Assembly: GCA_016748015.1 (NCBI GenBank)
Contig: JAAOMT010000046.1
Coordinates: forward strand, 768,697-832,696
Length of the DNA: 64,000 bases
DNA from: Geosiphon pyriformis uo1
Lineage: Eukaryota > Fungi > Glomeromycota
Reading direction: 5' to 3'
This document shows positions 35,924-53,027 of this stretch, piece by piece; position 1 is the stretch's first letter; each line of letters opens with the position of its first letter. The position numbers and the translations under genes are program-made. Below the pieces are notes generated by a model, which searched no databases, had not been told where the DNA came from, and saw only the letters and a list, made by a program, of their open reading frames with translations.

Positions 35924-36623
35924 CTTCAACCATAATCTTGGAATAAATTTTTTTTTACGACTGCACGGACAATTTGCGATAGTCGAAAGCAAGAGATAAT
36001 GAAGGTTTTAATCATAACTTTCGAGACAAAAAATATCAAATTTTTTTTCAAAAATCTTTATTGATCTTGTCTCAAGAAATCTGATTCATTCCTCTGTTAG
36101 AAATTGGGTGAAGCTTTAGGGAAATCGGGTACTTTTGCTGGCGAAATTCTTTCGCATTTAGGAGAACCAGATGAATTAAGCTTTAACCTCGAGGAGCCTC
36201 AAAGTTTTATTTCTACGATGCCTGGTCCAATAATTGGAAGCCAAATTGGTGGTGGTGCTGCTGCTGCTAGTGCTGGTAGTAGCGATAAGATTCCTTATTA
36301 CTTGATATATTTTTTGCGTGGAGAGGTATTCAAATCTTCTTTAAGGAAAGATCTCTTATTCCAAATTCCAAATTCTTTAATTTTCTGATCTTTTATTTTT
36401 TAATTATCAAATGTAGCACGAATACATGTACTTTAAGGTAACAATTTTGAGAATCAAAAAGTTTTTGTGATCAAAAAGAATTTAGAAAATTTTCATCTAT
36501 TCTGCTAACTTAATATCGTAACCTCTTTCTTATTTTCTTCCTATCCCCCTTCTTTTTCCTAATCAGGTCGATTCTCAACAAGAAAAGGTTCTTTCGCACG
36601 GTTGGCATCAAAAATCCGGTTAG
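35644..36623 (+). CDS. Small uncharacterised protein (~143 aa, 5 exons: 35644-35750, 35983-36004, 36101-36325, 36417-36437, 36567-36623)
   Basis: GT-AG introns give a continuous frame MASIDNNTELESLAKEYRGLRK...LGEPDE...YYLIYFLRGEHEYMYFKVDSQQEKVLSHGWHQKSG. Confidence 0.75.
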
Positions 36624-36823
36624 AAAGGACGATGATGGACCGATGTTTTTGTTGATTACATTTTTTTAATCATCATGAAAGAAAAATCTAAAAAAGGGTT
36701 GTGAATATTTGTTGTTTGTTTCAATATATATATATATATATACATATACAAATATATATATATATTTATAGTTTTGGTTATTTATAAAAAAAAATTTTTT
36801 TATCTACTATTGTTTTTATTATC

Positions 36824-36856
<33 letters not shown>

Positions 36857-37971
36857 ATTAAATTATTATTTTCTTTGGTTTCCTTTTTTTGCTCAATTTG
36901 TTTTTAAACCGCTTGGAACATAAAGTCAAATGATAACAATGGACCCAAAAGCTCAACGTGAGACATTGATCGCACATTCTCTCACTGTCCTAAATTTTTT
37001 CCTAAAATATTGTTTGATGAATGTTTGTTATGAATGTGACAATCTTTTTAAGGCACACAATAAATCCAGTTTTTTCTCTCGAAAAGGTTTCTTGTAACCA
37101 ACTCACGTGGTTATTTGGCATTAAAAATAGTGAAGAGGTTGACGAAAAAACTGAAAAAGGATGAGAGGTCATAGAGCTCTCGCTCGAAAGCATATTCGAT
37201 GTGAGTAGGAATACAGCATGTCAGAAAGGTTAACCCAAAAAAAAAAGAAAAAAGACCACTTAAAAAACATCTCACACTTATCAAAAGTGTCTGTATATGC
37301 TCCTATAAGCCGAGAATTCACTTTTTGGAGTATTTGTACAAACAAAAAGGCATTGGAACAAACAGAGACCAATTGGGCGTGAAAAAAGAGAAAGAAAAGT
37401 GATCATCATATTTTTTTTTAATACGAACGAAACTGACAATAAAAAAAAACCGAGAAAAAAATAATAGGAAAAAGAAAAAAAAAGTTTGTGTGATACGAAA
37501 AAAAATTACTTTTTTGTTATTTGAATTTTCATCGTTGTTCAGAATCACACAATAGTGCCTAAAAATAGCACGTTTTTGTATTTTCCAAGTTCAAAAAGTA
37601 ATGAAAAGAAAAATATTTGAAACCGGGAAAAAAAAAAGCAAGAGATCATTCTAGATGACGAATTTACATGATCAACAACCCTGAATACGTGCGTCTTATG
37701 TAATGAGTTTGTTGAGAGATTTCTCGTGAGCGTGTAAGAACCAAAGAAAAAAAAGGTAAGAAAGACAAAGCAGTGAATAAAGGGGCTGTTGAACAGAGAT
37801 AGAGGAATTTGATTTAAAAAAGATGTCATTGTTCATTAAGAAGATGAAGAGGAGGATAAAACAGAATAGAGCCAAAAGAAAATTTTGAATTTTTTCCGAC
37901 ATCTTTCAAAGAGAATTTTTCATTGGGGCAAGACTTATTTTTTGAAATAAGCAAAGAGGACCTCAGATAAG

Positions 37972-39261
37972 TTATGGTGGAGGAGCATGAATTTTTTGAT
38001 GGCGACGTAAATTACTGACGACCGAAAAGTGACGACCACAACCTTCCACGGGACATTTGAATGCTAAAAGATTTTGAGGTTTTAAATTAAAAAGATATCA
38101 ATAATGGTCGATTCGAAGGCGCATATATACAGCGAATAATTGAAAGAAATGGAGGGTTATATTGGCAATTAAAAAGAGCCAAAAATTTATAGAGAGAAAT
38201 AATTTAATTAATTGATTTCGTCGATGATGAAAATGATAATAATAATAATTAAGATTGAGAAAAGAGAAAAAGATGTAATTAGTATATGGTTCATATTATA
38301 AATTAACCCAAATGTTATGTAACCAATATTTCATATAAATATTCAGGATATACTTGAAATGGAAAGTGGTACAAAGCAAAAAGTGTAGCAAAAAAAAATT
38401 TTCTTTTCAAAAATCTAAAAAAAAAAACTTACGTTTTTCACCAGTGTGACTATACATGTGAGTTTGTAAAGAACTTGGCCGTGTGAACCTTTTCTGACAT
38501 ATATTACACTTGTACCTTTTAGGGGTGGAAGAAACGGTTTTAGAGCTAAAAGTAGTCATCATGGCGGAAGGAGCAGGCACTTGTGGAGGCCTTGTTGAAG
38601 TTTGTTGTTTAACCGGTGAACCGTTAGTTTGCATGGGAGGAGTTACATTACCAGCACCATTTGGTGGAAAACGAGAGGGCATAAGTCCATAGTCTTGAGG
38701 GGAAGACTGCATGCCAGAAGAAAGGTTGCCTTGGTGAAGGTTTGTACGGTCGTAGTTCACCACCGATTGCGGTTGCTGTTGTTGTTGTTGTGCTTGAGGT
38801 GGTGGTGGTTGGTTAGTATTATTATAATAAGGCATAGAACTTGAGTTGTTGTTATTGTTATTGTTAGTTTGTTGTTTCATGGTAACGGGATCATGAGTAG
38901 CAAAGACCGGGTCAATTGCGCCAACAGTTGTTCTTGACATGGTATCGTCGAAACCTTTGTGTTTTTGTGCATAAGATCCAGCAGCAATTTGAAGAGATGT
39001 TGAACCATTGTTATCAGACATAACAACCCCATTTATAAGCCTCCACCCACCTTCTGAACTGTTCTCGGTTACACTGACGTCAATTGGTGGAGGTAGTTGG
39101 ACGATTTTGGGGTGATTGGGAAAAGGTTGTAAATTTGGTAAGATTGGCATAGTTGCATTCATTGTACGACGATCGAGAGGTACCGATTGCAAGAATGAAG
39201 ATGTTGTGGTCGGATAAGGTGCGGCCGAATATCGGGCCGAATTCATATCACCTAAATGTGT

Positions 39262-39303
<42 letters not shown>

Positions 39304-39323
39304 TTGTTGTTGATGATGTTGTA

Positions 39324-39356
<33 letters not shown>

Positions 39357-39619
39357 GTTGTGATTGGTAAGCTGCGGCAGTATTAGTGATTAAAGTTGTG
39401 GTATTATTTCCATTTGTTGTTTGATATAAAGGTAAAGTTTGAGAACGAGCCCTATGAACTGCAGAAGTAATGTGATTCGTATCATGCTCGATTTCGATAG
39501 GAGTTGAAAGTCTTCTTAATTTAATATTATAATTTATAGACTGAGTATTTGTCGGGATATAAGCGGAAGAATTCGGGTAAGTATCAACCAAAGAATTATT
39601 GTTATTGTTATGGTTGTTA

Positions 39620-39654
<35 letters not shown>

Positions 39655-40017
39655 GTTGTTGTTGTTGTTGTTGCTGTTGTTGTTGTTGTTGTTGGTTGTA
39701 GTTTGAGTAATTGTAAATACTTTTTGGTCTCGCGTGGCGTCACTCATGATTGAATTCGCGTTGATATTATGATTATGATGATGATGATGTTGAGGATGAT
39801 GATGAGTGAGGATTGAATTATTTTCGTCGATTGAGGTATCATTACTACTACCAACTAAAACATGATCAGTCCCATTATCATCGAGACGAGGAGAAAATGA
39901 ATTATTTGATTGTGAATTCATTCCAACGGTAACAGTAGCAGCAGTAGTAGTGACGTATTGATAAGAAGAAGAATCACCAGAAAGGTCAGGAACGGATTGA
40001 TTTTGAAAATTTTCTTG

Positions 40018-40066
<49 letters not shown>

Positions 40067-40674
40067 GTAGCAGTAGTAGTAGTAGTAGTAGTAGTAGTAA
40101 TAGTAGGATTAGTATTAGTAAGTTGTTGTTGTTGTTGAAGTTGAGGTTGATTATGATAATTTTGTTGAACCAGATAAGAGGAAGCAACGCGAGCAGCGTT
40201 TGAGTTATATTCGAGTTGAATTGTTTGTTGTTGTTGTTGGTGTTGTTCTTGTTCCTGTTGATTTATTCCAATTCCACATAAAGGTGGCGAAGAATTTGGC
40301 GTTGTCGCGGCTGAAGTTAGTGTTACTGAACTAGTTGTATTTTCTCCTACTGAAATAATTTCTTGATATTGTTGTTGTTGTTGTAACTGGTGTTCTTGAA
40401 ATTTTTTTTGTTGTTGAGAAAGTTGGTGTTGGTGTTGAATGGCGGTATAGTTAAAGGTAGATTCGATTGAAGGTAGATTGAAATGAGTTGGTGTTGACAT
40501 AATTGTAGGAAAATTATAATGATTATTTTGAATATTATTCAGATTTTGAATATTTTGAATATTATTATTATTAATATTATTATTGTTGTTGTTGTTATTA
40601 TTATTAATATTATTAATATTATTAATAAAACTATTATTTTCAATATAGTTGGTGGTCGTTGTACTTTCGTTCAT
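37972..40674 (-). CDS. mtfA: C2H2 zinc-finger transcription factor, MtfA-like, with very long N/Q/H/T low-complexity N-terminus (exons 40674-38433, 38063-37972)
   Basis: FSSKTVSSTPKRYKCNICQKRFTRPSSLQTHMYSHTGEK|PFKCPVEGCGRHFSVVSNLRRHQKIH closely matches the MtfA double finger as I recall it; GT-AG intron 38432-38064. Confidence 0.85.
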
Positions 40675-40699
40675 GCTAAAAAAATTTCAATTTTTTTTC

Positions 40700-41751
40700 A
40701 TAGAAGAAAAAAAGAAGAAAGATTTTTTTTTTTTGATGATTTTTTTTTTAAAAATTCAAAAAATTCAAAAAAAAAAAAAAAAAAAAAGTGGAAAAAAAAA
40801 ATTTTTTTTGTAGCCTTTCGTTTAAAAAAAAAAAACCAAAAAAAAAAAACAAATCAAATCAACCAATATTTATATTTATTATATATGTGTATGTCTGTGT
40901 ATGTGTGTATGTGTGTATGTGTGTGTGTATGTGTGTTTGTCTGTCTGTCTGTGTGTGTTCCTTAATAGTAAACGACCAGGGTAATATATTGTGAAACTTG
41001 AGAAATTTTCTTTTTTGAAATTATTGCACGTTTTTTCGTGTACTCTGAGTTTTTTATTTTATTTTATTATATATATATTTTTTTGGTGTATATATATATA
41101 TATATAATAAAATAATAAATGGGAAAAAAGTTATTATTATTATTTTTTTTTTTTCAACATCTTTTTTTTTTTTCCAAAATGATTGTTAAACTGAAACTTT
41201 TCTTTTTTATCCGTCACAAAAAAAAAAAAGTATGAATCTTACACGATATTTTAAAAAAAGTTAAACCGTTTTTTTAATTTTTTTATATATATTTTTTCAA
41301 CAACAACAACAACAACAACAACAAGAGAGGGATGCGAGTTGGTTAATTTTTCACTTTACAAATTAAAAAAAATCGAGCTGCATGATCAACTTTCCAAAGT
41401 TATTCGAATAATGAAAGCCGCTTAAAATAACGATCTTTGTGTAACACAATAACCTAAACAAAAATCTCTGCAATTTTTAGTCTTGGAACACAAACAAAAT
41501 TTCGCATAAAAATCCCAACCTCTTTGCCTCATTTAAAAAATCAAAAAAGATTTCAACAGATTTCTTTTTTGGTCAGGTAAAAATTTTTTTGGATAAGTGG
41601 TGGTCAGTCACGATCTCGAAAGGGAAAGGGAGATGTGTCAACAATGAAGATAATGATTAACTTAAACGGGTAATTGGAATTGGAATTCATCCAGTTATGG
41701 TAAGTATTTGAATTGGATAATATTATTATTAAAAATTGGTTTTAAAAAAAG

Positions 41752-41782
<31 letters not shown>

Positions 41783-43541
41783 TAAAAAAAGTAACGAATC
41801 ATGAGAGAGAATTTTCAAAAAGGATGATGATAAAAAATTGAAATAGCCAATATTTTATAAGAATAAAAATAATAATAAAAGTAAAAGGCCCGAAAAAATT
41901 TCAAGACGAATTCTCCATGTATATTCGGAATTAAGATAAAATTAATCAATTTTTTTTTTTTTTCGATTCATTGTTTAATCAAATTTCCGATTCGAAATTG
42001 TTTCTAAAGAAAATATCGATGGAATTTATAAAAAAAAACATCAAAAAAAAATAATAATAATATTTACAAGTAGTTTCTGTTTTTATTTTGTGTCCAAACC
42101 TACCCACCATAACCCCTTTCCCTCCTTTAAGAAGGTAATTATTTTGGGAAAGAGGTCGATAAAGGATTTGTATGTGTATGTATATGCATGTATGTATGTA
42201 TATATATTTATTTTTTTTCGAGATGAGTAGAGAATATAGAAAGAAAAACCCCAGAGTATTAGGATTAAAAATAAGAATGTGAATGAATGAATGATATAAT
42301 TAGGGACTAATAGAAAATTTTTAATTAAAAATGTTCTGAAAATAATCATGTTGATAATTTATAATCGGATATATTATTTATTTATGTATGTATGTATGTA
42401 TGAGAATTTCATTTTAACACAAATAGTTAATAAATAATAAAAAAAGGAAAGAGAAGTGATAAAAAAAAATTTAAAAAAAATTTAAAAAAAAAAAGTTTTA
42501 ATTTAGGAAGTACAAAATTCTTTAATAGGTGATACTCCCCCGCATGCAACAATATGGATACATTTTTAACTTTATTATTATCTTTTTTTAATAACGGTCA
42601 AGTAAAGTAACCAGGTGTACATATGATGACACAAAAGTATGCTGTTTGATAGAAAGAATAATTGCTTTCGGAACAAACATACAAAATCTTGAGCGTGACA
42701 CTTTTTTTTTTGAAATAGATTATTACTAAACAGAAAAAGACAACATCAAACATCAAACATCAGCATCAAAAAATCGATATCAATATCAATATCAATATCA
42801 AAAATGTCTAAATGCTTAAAAATATATCATTTATGCAAACACAAAGCAAAAACCTTTTTTTGAAACTTTTTTGTATCTGTGTTACAGTATGTGCGTTTCT
42901 TTTTTCTTTTTGTATATGTGTATGTGTGTGTTTGGGTGTGTGTGTGGTGTGTGTGTGTGTGTGTATGCGTGTGTCTGGGTTAGAAGGTTTGTGTGTTTTA
43001 TTATTTGAAAATTGTTAATTGTTATTGTTATGTAGTGGTGTTGGTGGTTATTGTTGTTATTGTTGTTATTGTTGTGGTTGTTTTTGTTGTTGTTTTTGTT
43101 GTTGTTTTTGTTGTTGTTGTTGTTGTTGTAGTCGTAGTCGTAGTCGTTTATTTCTTGTATCAAATATGCAAGCAAAAAAAGTTTCGGACAACTGTAATAA
43201 AGAAAAAAATGGGCTTTGTAAATTCACAACCTAGAAATTTTGTATTGTATTTTTCTTAAAACTATTTGTTATTTATTTGAGTATGTATGTATGTATGTAT
43301 GTTGTTACTACCTGTTTGCTGTTACCTGTTACCTGTTGCTGTTGTGTTACTTCATCTCTAGTTAAATCTAAGAATTTTTTTCTTTGATATCGTGTTTACT
43401 CGATTTATGTTGAATGAAAAAATAATAAATCTTACCGATTTAATATTTTGAAACCCTAAAAGTTACGAAAAAAGGTAAAGTTTTGTAAAGAAGTTAGAAT
43501 GAAAAGCATGAATGAAAAGCATGATTATTATTATTATTATC

Positions 43542-43573
<32 letters not shown>

Positions 43574-44108
43574 CCCAATCATATTTGTATTACCAACCTT
43601 TTTTTGGTTTAAAAAAATGAAGGATCATGATGACACGATGGATTATATACTACAAAAATTTTAACCTTATCCGATTGTGTGTTGCTTATTCACCTAGACG
43701 ACCCAATTTTCAATTTAGGGAAAAAAGTTTTTTTTTTTTTTAAATTCCCGAACTTTTTTTTAATTATTCTGCCCAATCATATTTAACTTTTTTTTTTAAT
43801 ATATTGAAAAAAAATTCTCGGATCAATACATCATCATCATCACCACCCACCTCCTCGACTTTTTTGATTATTATTAAAATGACTCACAATCTTATTCCTG
43901 ATTTGGATAGAATAGTCGACATTCATCGGATCTTACCAAATATTTTCAAACTTTTTTCCGAAACTTTTTTTTTTTTTTTTTTTAATCATGCCTCTTAAAA
44001 TTCTCACGATTTAAGTGTAACACATGGTAAGATAGTCCCCCCGATTTATAATTATCCCTGCACTGTCTGTTCGCAATTACATTCTGCAAAAGGTTACTCT
44101 TCCTCGCA

Positions 44109-44161
<53 letters not shown>

Positions 44162-44638
44162 GATGATGATGATGATTACAAGAACAAGAAAAAAATAAAA
44201 AGATTTTTGCCACCAAAAAAAAAAAAAAAAGTTTTTTTGGCTTTCAATTTTTTTTATCTCCATTAATGTAATTTCCAGTCACTCTTTCTTTCCCTGTATT
44301 TATATCAGACTAAACCTGGTTTAAACTTTAAATTGCTCTTCAATCTTTTAAAGTCAGATTCGAAACCTTAAAAAAACTTGTTTCAAAAAAAAAAAGGTTA
44401 AATTTTCCCCATTTCCAAAAATAGATTTTAGGTTAACAACAAGATATCTTTTGTCTTTTGTCTGGAACTGGCTTCTTTTTTGCTCTTCTTTTTTTGTTGT
44501 TCCTGTTTGTTATTTGTTTCTTTGTTATTGTTATTGTTACTATGGTTGTGGTTGTTGTGTCGTCTGGTTATTTTATTGTTATTTCTTTTGGTTTATTGTT
44601 GCAGTTTTTTTTGTTTTTTTTGCTGTCGTTATTCATTG

Positions 44639-44678
<40 letters not shown>

Positions 44679-44918
44679 TATCATCATCGTTGTCGTTTGG
44701 ACAATATACTATATAGGATTGGTCATCTATGTAAGATTTGAAAAGCTCCGTTGACAATTATGATTACATAATAAAAGATATTAAATTATAACTAATCTGG
44801 TATTTTCTATTGACCATCCCAAAATAATCCAACTGGTTCTCTCTTAAAATTCCAAAAACGGCAAAACTTAAAAAATGAGAGAATTCCATCATTCTCCTTC
44901 TGAAAAAATAAAAAAAAA

Positions 44919-44979
<61 letters not shown>

Positions 44980-46269
44980 GTTGTTGTTGTTGTTATTGTT
45001 ATTGTTAATCTTGTAAAAAAAGCTTAAAGTGAGTGACTTTTGCCTGGGAAAAAATGATTCACAATTGTTTCCTTTTTCAGTATTTTATCTCTTTTAGATT
45101 AATATCGTCTCAATATTTGTTAGGAATTTAACCATTTCTTTTTTAAAAATCATTTATTTATTTATTATTATCATCATTATTTATTATCATTATTCTTATT
45201 ATCATTATTATTTATTATCATTATTCTTATTATCATTATTATTATCATTATTATTAAAAAATCATTTATCTTTTTTTTTTTGATTAAAAAAAATATCCCG
45301 ATTTTCAGAAATACTAATCAAAAAAACAAATATATGAATTTGTTTTGAATCTTTAAAAATATCTTTGATCTTAACTAAAAAATCTGTTAACTGATAACTG
45401 ACTGATTGGATTTTTGGTATTGATTTAATTTAATTTGAATTGAATTGATTTGAATTGAATTAATTTGAATTGAATTGAATTGAATTGAATTGAATTGAAT
45501 TGAATTGAATTGAATTGATTTAAACTGATTTGAATTGATTTGAATTGATTTAAATTGATTTGATTTGATTTGATTTAATATCATTTTTTGTTAAATAAAA
45601 TAACATTTTTTGGTTATTTGTTAATTAAGAAAATATTAAAATTATAAAAAAAATTTATTATTAAAAAAATTATATAAATATAATTTTGATTTGATAAAAA
45701 ATATACATACATACATTTAATATCATTGGGTTGCACTCGTTAAATTAATTTTTTTTTTCAATTCGTTATAAAAAGTATATACTAAAATTTTTTTTACCTA
45801 TCTTCTATCTATCTATCTATCTATCTATCTATCAAATTATTTATTATTTATATTTAGAAAAAATAAATTCACGTGCGAGAATAAAGTATCCTCCCATTTT
45901 CTCACATGAAGAAATGCTAAAACAATTTTATTAGTTTATACATATATACTGTATGTATAAATAATGAATATCAATTCATGCATTATTACTATTTTAAAAA
46001 CTTTTTTTATTATGTCAGACGGTTTACTGATACCTTATAAAATTCTTGTAATCCAAATATTTTGTTAGTGGCAAAGCAAATTTCCCAATCTTTTTCAAGA
46101 AAAACCTGAAATACACGTGTTTTGTTCAACACACTCCTCTTGACCCTTTATCCCTTTATACCTCATCAACATAACCGTCATATGCTAAGAATGAGTTGAG
46201 AATTTAAAAGCGCTATTTTTTTCCAATTAGGCATTATTTTTTAAACGTATTCAACTTTAATTGGCATCC

Positions 46270-46320
<51 letters not shown>

Positions 46321-46325
46321 TTACA
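40700..46325. repeat. Microsatellite-rich intergenic/5' regulatory region: (GT)n, (CAA)n, (GAT)n, (CAT)n, (TTA)n, (TTGAA)n ~45436-45560, (ATCT)n ~45805-45833, (TAA)n
   Basis: Direct inspection; ORFs here are simple-repeat translations. Confidence 0.85.
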
Positions 46326-46866
46326 AACAAGCAAGCAATTATCATCAATTATGAAAAAAGGCAGCACTTAAGTAAAAGTTTCACCCTCCCAAGACTCCAA
46401 GGCAGATCACGTGTTGAGATCATTGCTTTGATGTCAGATTTTTTTTGACGTAATATTAAAAATGGCCCCCCTTTTTGTTTCATCATCTTTCTCTAACCAT
46501 CACCTCTTCAATTTTCAACCAAGCGAGCTCGTGGAAACACAATTGTGGTTCAGCCACAACTGTATCAATGTAGAAATCAATTCTGGCAAGACTGAATATG
46601 ATACTGTGATAATACATTGAAAAGCTTCCCACTGGCTACGTAACCAATCCAGAGGTAATTTAAGAAACAAACAAGTGAAAAGATGTGTTCATCAGAACGC
46701 CGTTCGAGTCTTTAACTCAAAAATTTTGTGTGTTGATCGAATGATCGATCAAAGTCGTTTTAGTTTAATGCCGTTTTTTGGTGTGAGGGTGTTTGTAGCT
46801 TGCCTTATATGCAATCATTATCTATACTCTCTCTATGTTTATGCTCTATTTAAATCCGGTTGTTTG

Positions 46867-49923
<3,057 letters not shown>

Positions 49924-50849
49924 TAAATTTTTAAAATCAAACGCGTCAAATTTATAGCGCTACCGAAGTAGCAGAAGCACATAGGGGGTTCTATGTTGGG
50001 GAAAGCTACGAAATACAAAAAGAATGTTGGAGATTAAACGAACAAAGATGTTAATTTATTATCTTCATTGTGTGGCTGCTGCACGCGACCGACACAATGG
50101 GCGAGTACAAGTCATGCCACTATTTGCTAAGCACGTTTGATCTAACCAATCAACCAATGTTTTTTTGCCATTTAAAAAATTGGTTGGGCGATGTTGTTTA
50201 CATTTATGTTTTATTTTTATAATCATAATAAAAATTAAAATGCCAAAATAATTTAATAAGTTTACAAAATAATTTTTATTTTTATTTTTGCTGTATAAAT
50301 TTAATAAAATTTAAACAATAATATTATTGTTTAAATTGGACGGTAATCTTTTTATAATTTATTTAAAATTAAATAATCTAATAAAATAATTTCAAAATTA
50401 ACGGCAATTCTTCTTTATAGAATTCTTTTAAATTAATATCAATATAAATAAAGAATATTAGCAATTTTATTTTCGAATTAAGAGTCTTAATCTTTTCTAA
50501 ATACAAATTCTTTTCAAGGCAGCAGTGGGTAACTAGAATTGTGATATTTTTAAAGCGTTAATAACAAAAACCATTCTCAATTTCCGCAATTGGGGCTTTA
50601 AATATAAGCCATCTTCTATACCCAATAGAATATACTGTAACATTATATGCTACTGGGTTAGCCTAATTACTACGCGACGAAAGATTATTGCGAATATTGC
50701 GAACTGCAAGTAAAATTTCATGTGCCTTAGTGGCGGATATTAAATATGAGTAATGTAATAAAAAGTGGCTAATTCTGCCATTCCTTTGATATGACATATA
50801 AGTCTACATGTTACTTTTTAATGATTGCAAGTTTTAAAACCTTTTAGGC

Positions 50850-52565
50850 ATGGAATTTATTGCACCTTCCGTTTCACCTGAATTCAGTGGGAACGCGAAA
50901 GAGAATGGCGGTAAAATTTCTTCAGCTGAGCCGGCTTTTTCATCAAGAGATCTTGTTATCGTCCGCTTGAAACGCAAGCGTGGTGAAGAGCCCTTGGACG
51001 CTTTTGGTATTTAATATGTACTTTCCATGATTTCTCAAGGCTCACATTACTGACTCCTTTAATTCCTATTTTATTCGCAAGTCGTTCAAAAAATTTTAAA
51101 TGAGAATAATCGAATTAACAAAAAACTCAAACGCTTGGACGAACAACTTGCCGTCGAAACGAACGGAATCGAAGAAAAAGAGCATTTTGTGACAGAAGAT
51201 TGTTGGTAGAAATTAAACGAAAAAACCTTATTTCCTCTCTATCCTCGAATATCACTCATTTTCACAATTAAACCAGTGTCTCAAGCCCCCACTATCAACA
51301 CTACGATTTTTCGATTTGCCGAGACTGTTGATGAGATGACTTTTGAGAATTCAGCCCAGACCCGGCAGTTGAAGGTATTTTGTTTCAATTCCCTGATGGA
51401 GAAGAAAAATAAATACTAAGAAAAATCTCATATAATTCGGGTATTTAGGAACGACTTCGTGGCCTTATGAATCGAGCTGAAGACCCTAACGCTTTTGATA
51501 AATATAGGAATAAACAATTTCTTCAGTTCCAAAGAGACACTCAAATCGCCCGTTACAAAGTCATAAATCAAAATAGAAAAACGGGACCAGATCTCGAGCA
51601 ATAGTAAGCAGTGTTTAACTGCATGGATTTTACTCTCGAAATAGATCATTTCGGAACATTTTATTGCACACTTCCACATCATCAACAGTGGTATTGATCA
51701 AGAAAATATTACTTCGGAATCTTTCCAAATCTATGACGCCATCAAGAATGAAACCGATAATATGACATCTGAGTAAGATTTCCTTATCACTAATCGATTT
51801 TGTCTAGTAATAGCTATCTTTCTTTTAACACTCAACTCATTTTACCTAACTTTAGGGAATTGGATCCTCAAGAAAAAAATGATGCAGTGGACAAACTAAT
51901 GCCTCTTATCAGAGATTACCTTTCTCGTAAGAATTAATTATTGTCTACAATTATCCAACTTTCTTCAACTTTTTAAATTTCAGGATTATAGTACATGAGA
52001 TACCTGATGAAGATCATAAACAAGCGACGGATAGCTCAAAAGATGAATATGTATATGATGTATTTTATCTTGATGATGAGGCTGCAATGACATCAGATTT
52101 TTCTCCCGAAAAATTCAGGAATGTGGCTTCCTTGTAAGTATGTTTTGATTATTATTTGGAGAAGGCAAAGTTTAAACTGAATTTTTAAAATATATATGTT
52201 TCTCTATGCAGAACCTGGCTTGATGAGGGGGATAATACTCGCTATGACTCAGGTAGTGATGATCTCATTGATGAGGACGAAGATTCAAATGGTTTGTTTA
52301 AAAAAAAAACATTAGATCCTCTCGATATTCGCATATCATTATTTGAACATGAATTTTCCGGTGTTTAGCTGAAAATTATTATACCCACGACTACCCAGAT
52401 GAGGAGGAGCAAGAAGAATGGACCGATGAAGGTAACCAAAAGAAACATCAAGGAAATGTTTCGCACATATATACAGTCTAATTAAGAACTGTTTCAAAAT
52501 TTTTATTGACTACATTATCAGATGATGCAAAACGATTATCCGAGGAAGAGGATTATTATTACTAA
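50850..52565 (+). CDS. IWR1: RNA polymerase II nuclear import factor Iwr1 (multi-exon)
   Basis: N-terminal IVRLKRKRGEEPLDA; C-terminal DEYVYDVFY...DEDEDSNAENYYTHDYPDEE. Confidence 0.85.
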
Positions 52566-52869
52566 ATGATGGGACAGAGTGTTATAAACCTCAACCAAAT
52601 ATTTTTCCTTTTGAACCCGCCGCAATTTCTTTTTAATTTTTCTGATTAATTCCTTGCCAAAGGTTTTCTTTTATATATATCCAAATCAAATTATGTTATA
52701 TGATAACTAAATCAATAGGATGAATAAAAGAATTTTACTATTTGCTCATTTCAGTTTATTAAAAATTTCAAATTTCAAATTTCATGTAATTAAATTCAAT
52801 TATAAATTATTTATTAGTAAATTTTATTTATTAGTTAGGGATTTTCCGAAAAAACCAGTTTTTCGATCG

Positions 52870-52935
52870 CCAATATTAGTTGACCACGTTCACCGTTGAT
52901 AGGTGAGTCACAAACTTGAAAGTTCTAGAATTTTC
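52870..52935 (+). promoter_or_regulatory. Stress cis-element cluster upstream of BI-1: ERSE, AP-1/Gcn4 site, heat-shock element
   Basis: CCAAT-attagttga-CCACG 52870-52888; TGAGTCA 52904-52910; TTCtaGAAttTTC 52923-52935. Confidence 0.6.
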
Positions 52936-53027
52936 TATGGTACTTAAATATTATTATATATATCCCACAACATCCACTTCTTTTGTTCAATAACTAAAAC
53001 AAACCTTGTAAAACCATATAGTGCGAC

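Noticed and set aside
45436-45560. (TTGAA)n as telomeric or centromeric satellite
   Set aside because: Only ~120 bp, degenerate, and one of many local microsatellites
39153-45584. Many poly-I/V/C/H/S ORFs in the track
   Set aside because: Translations of microsatellites, or antisense/alternate frames of the zinc-finger gene
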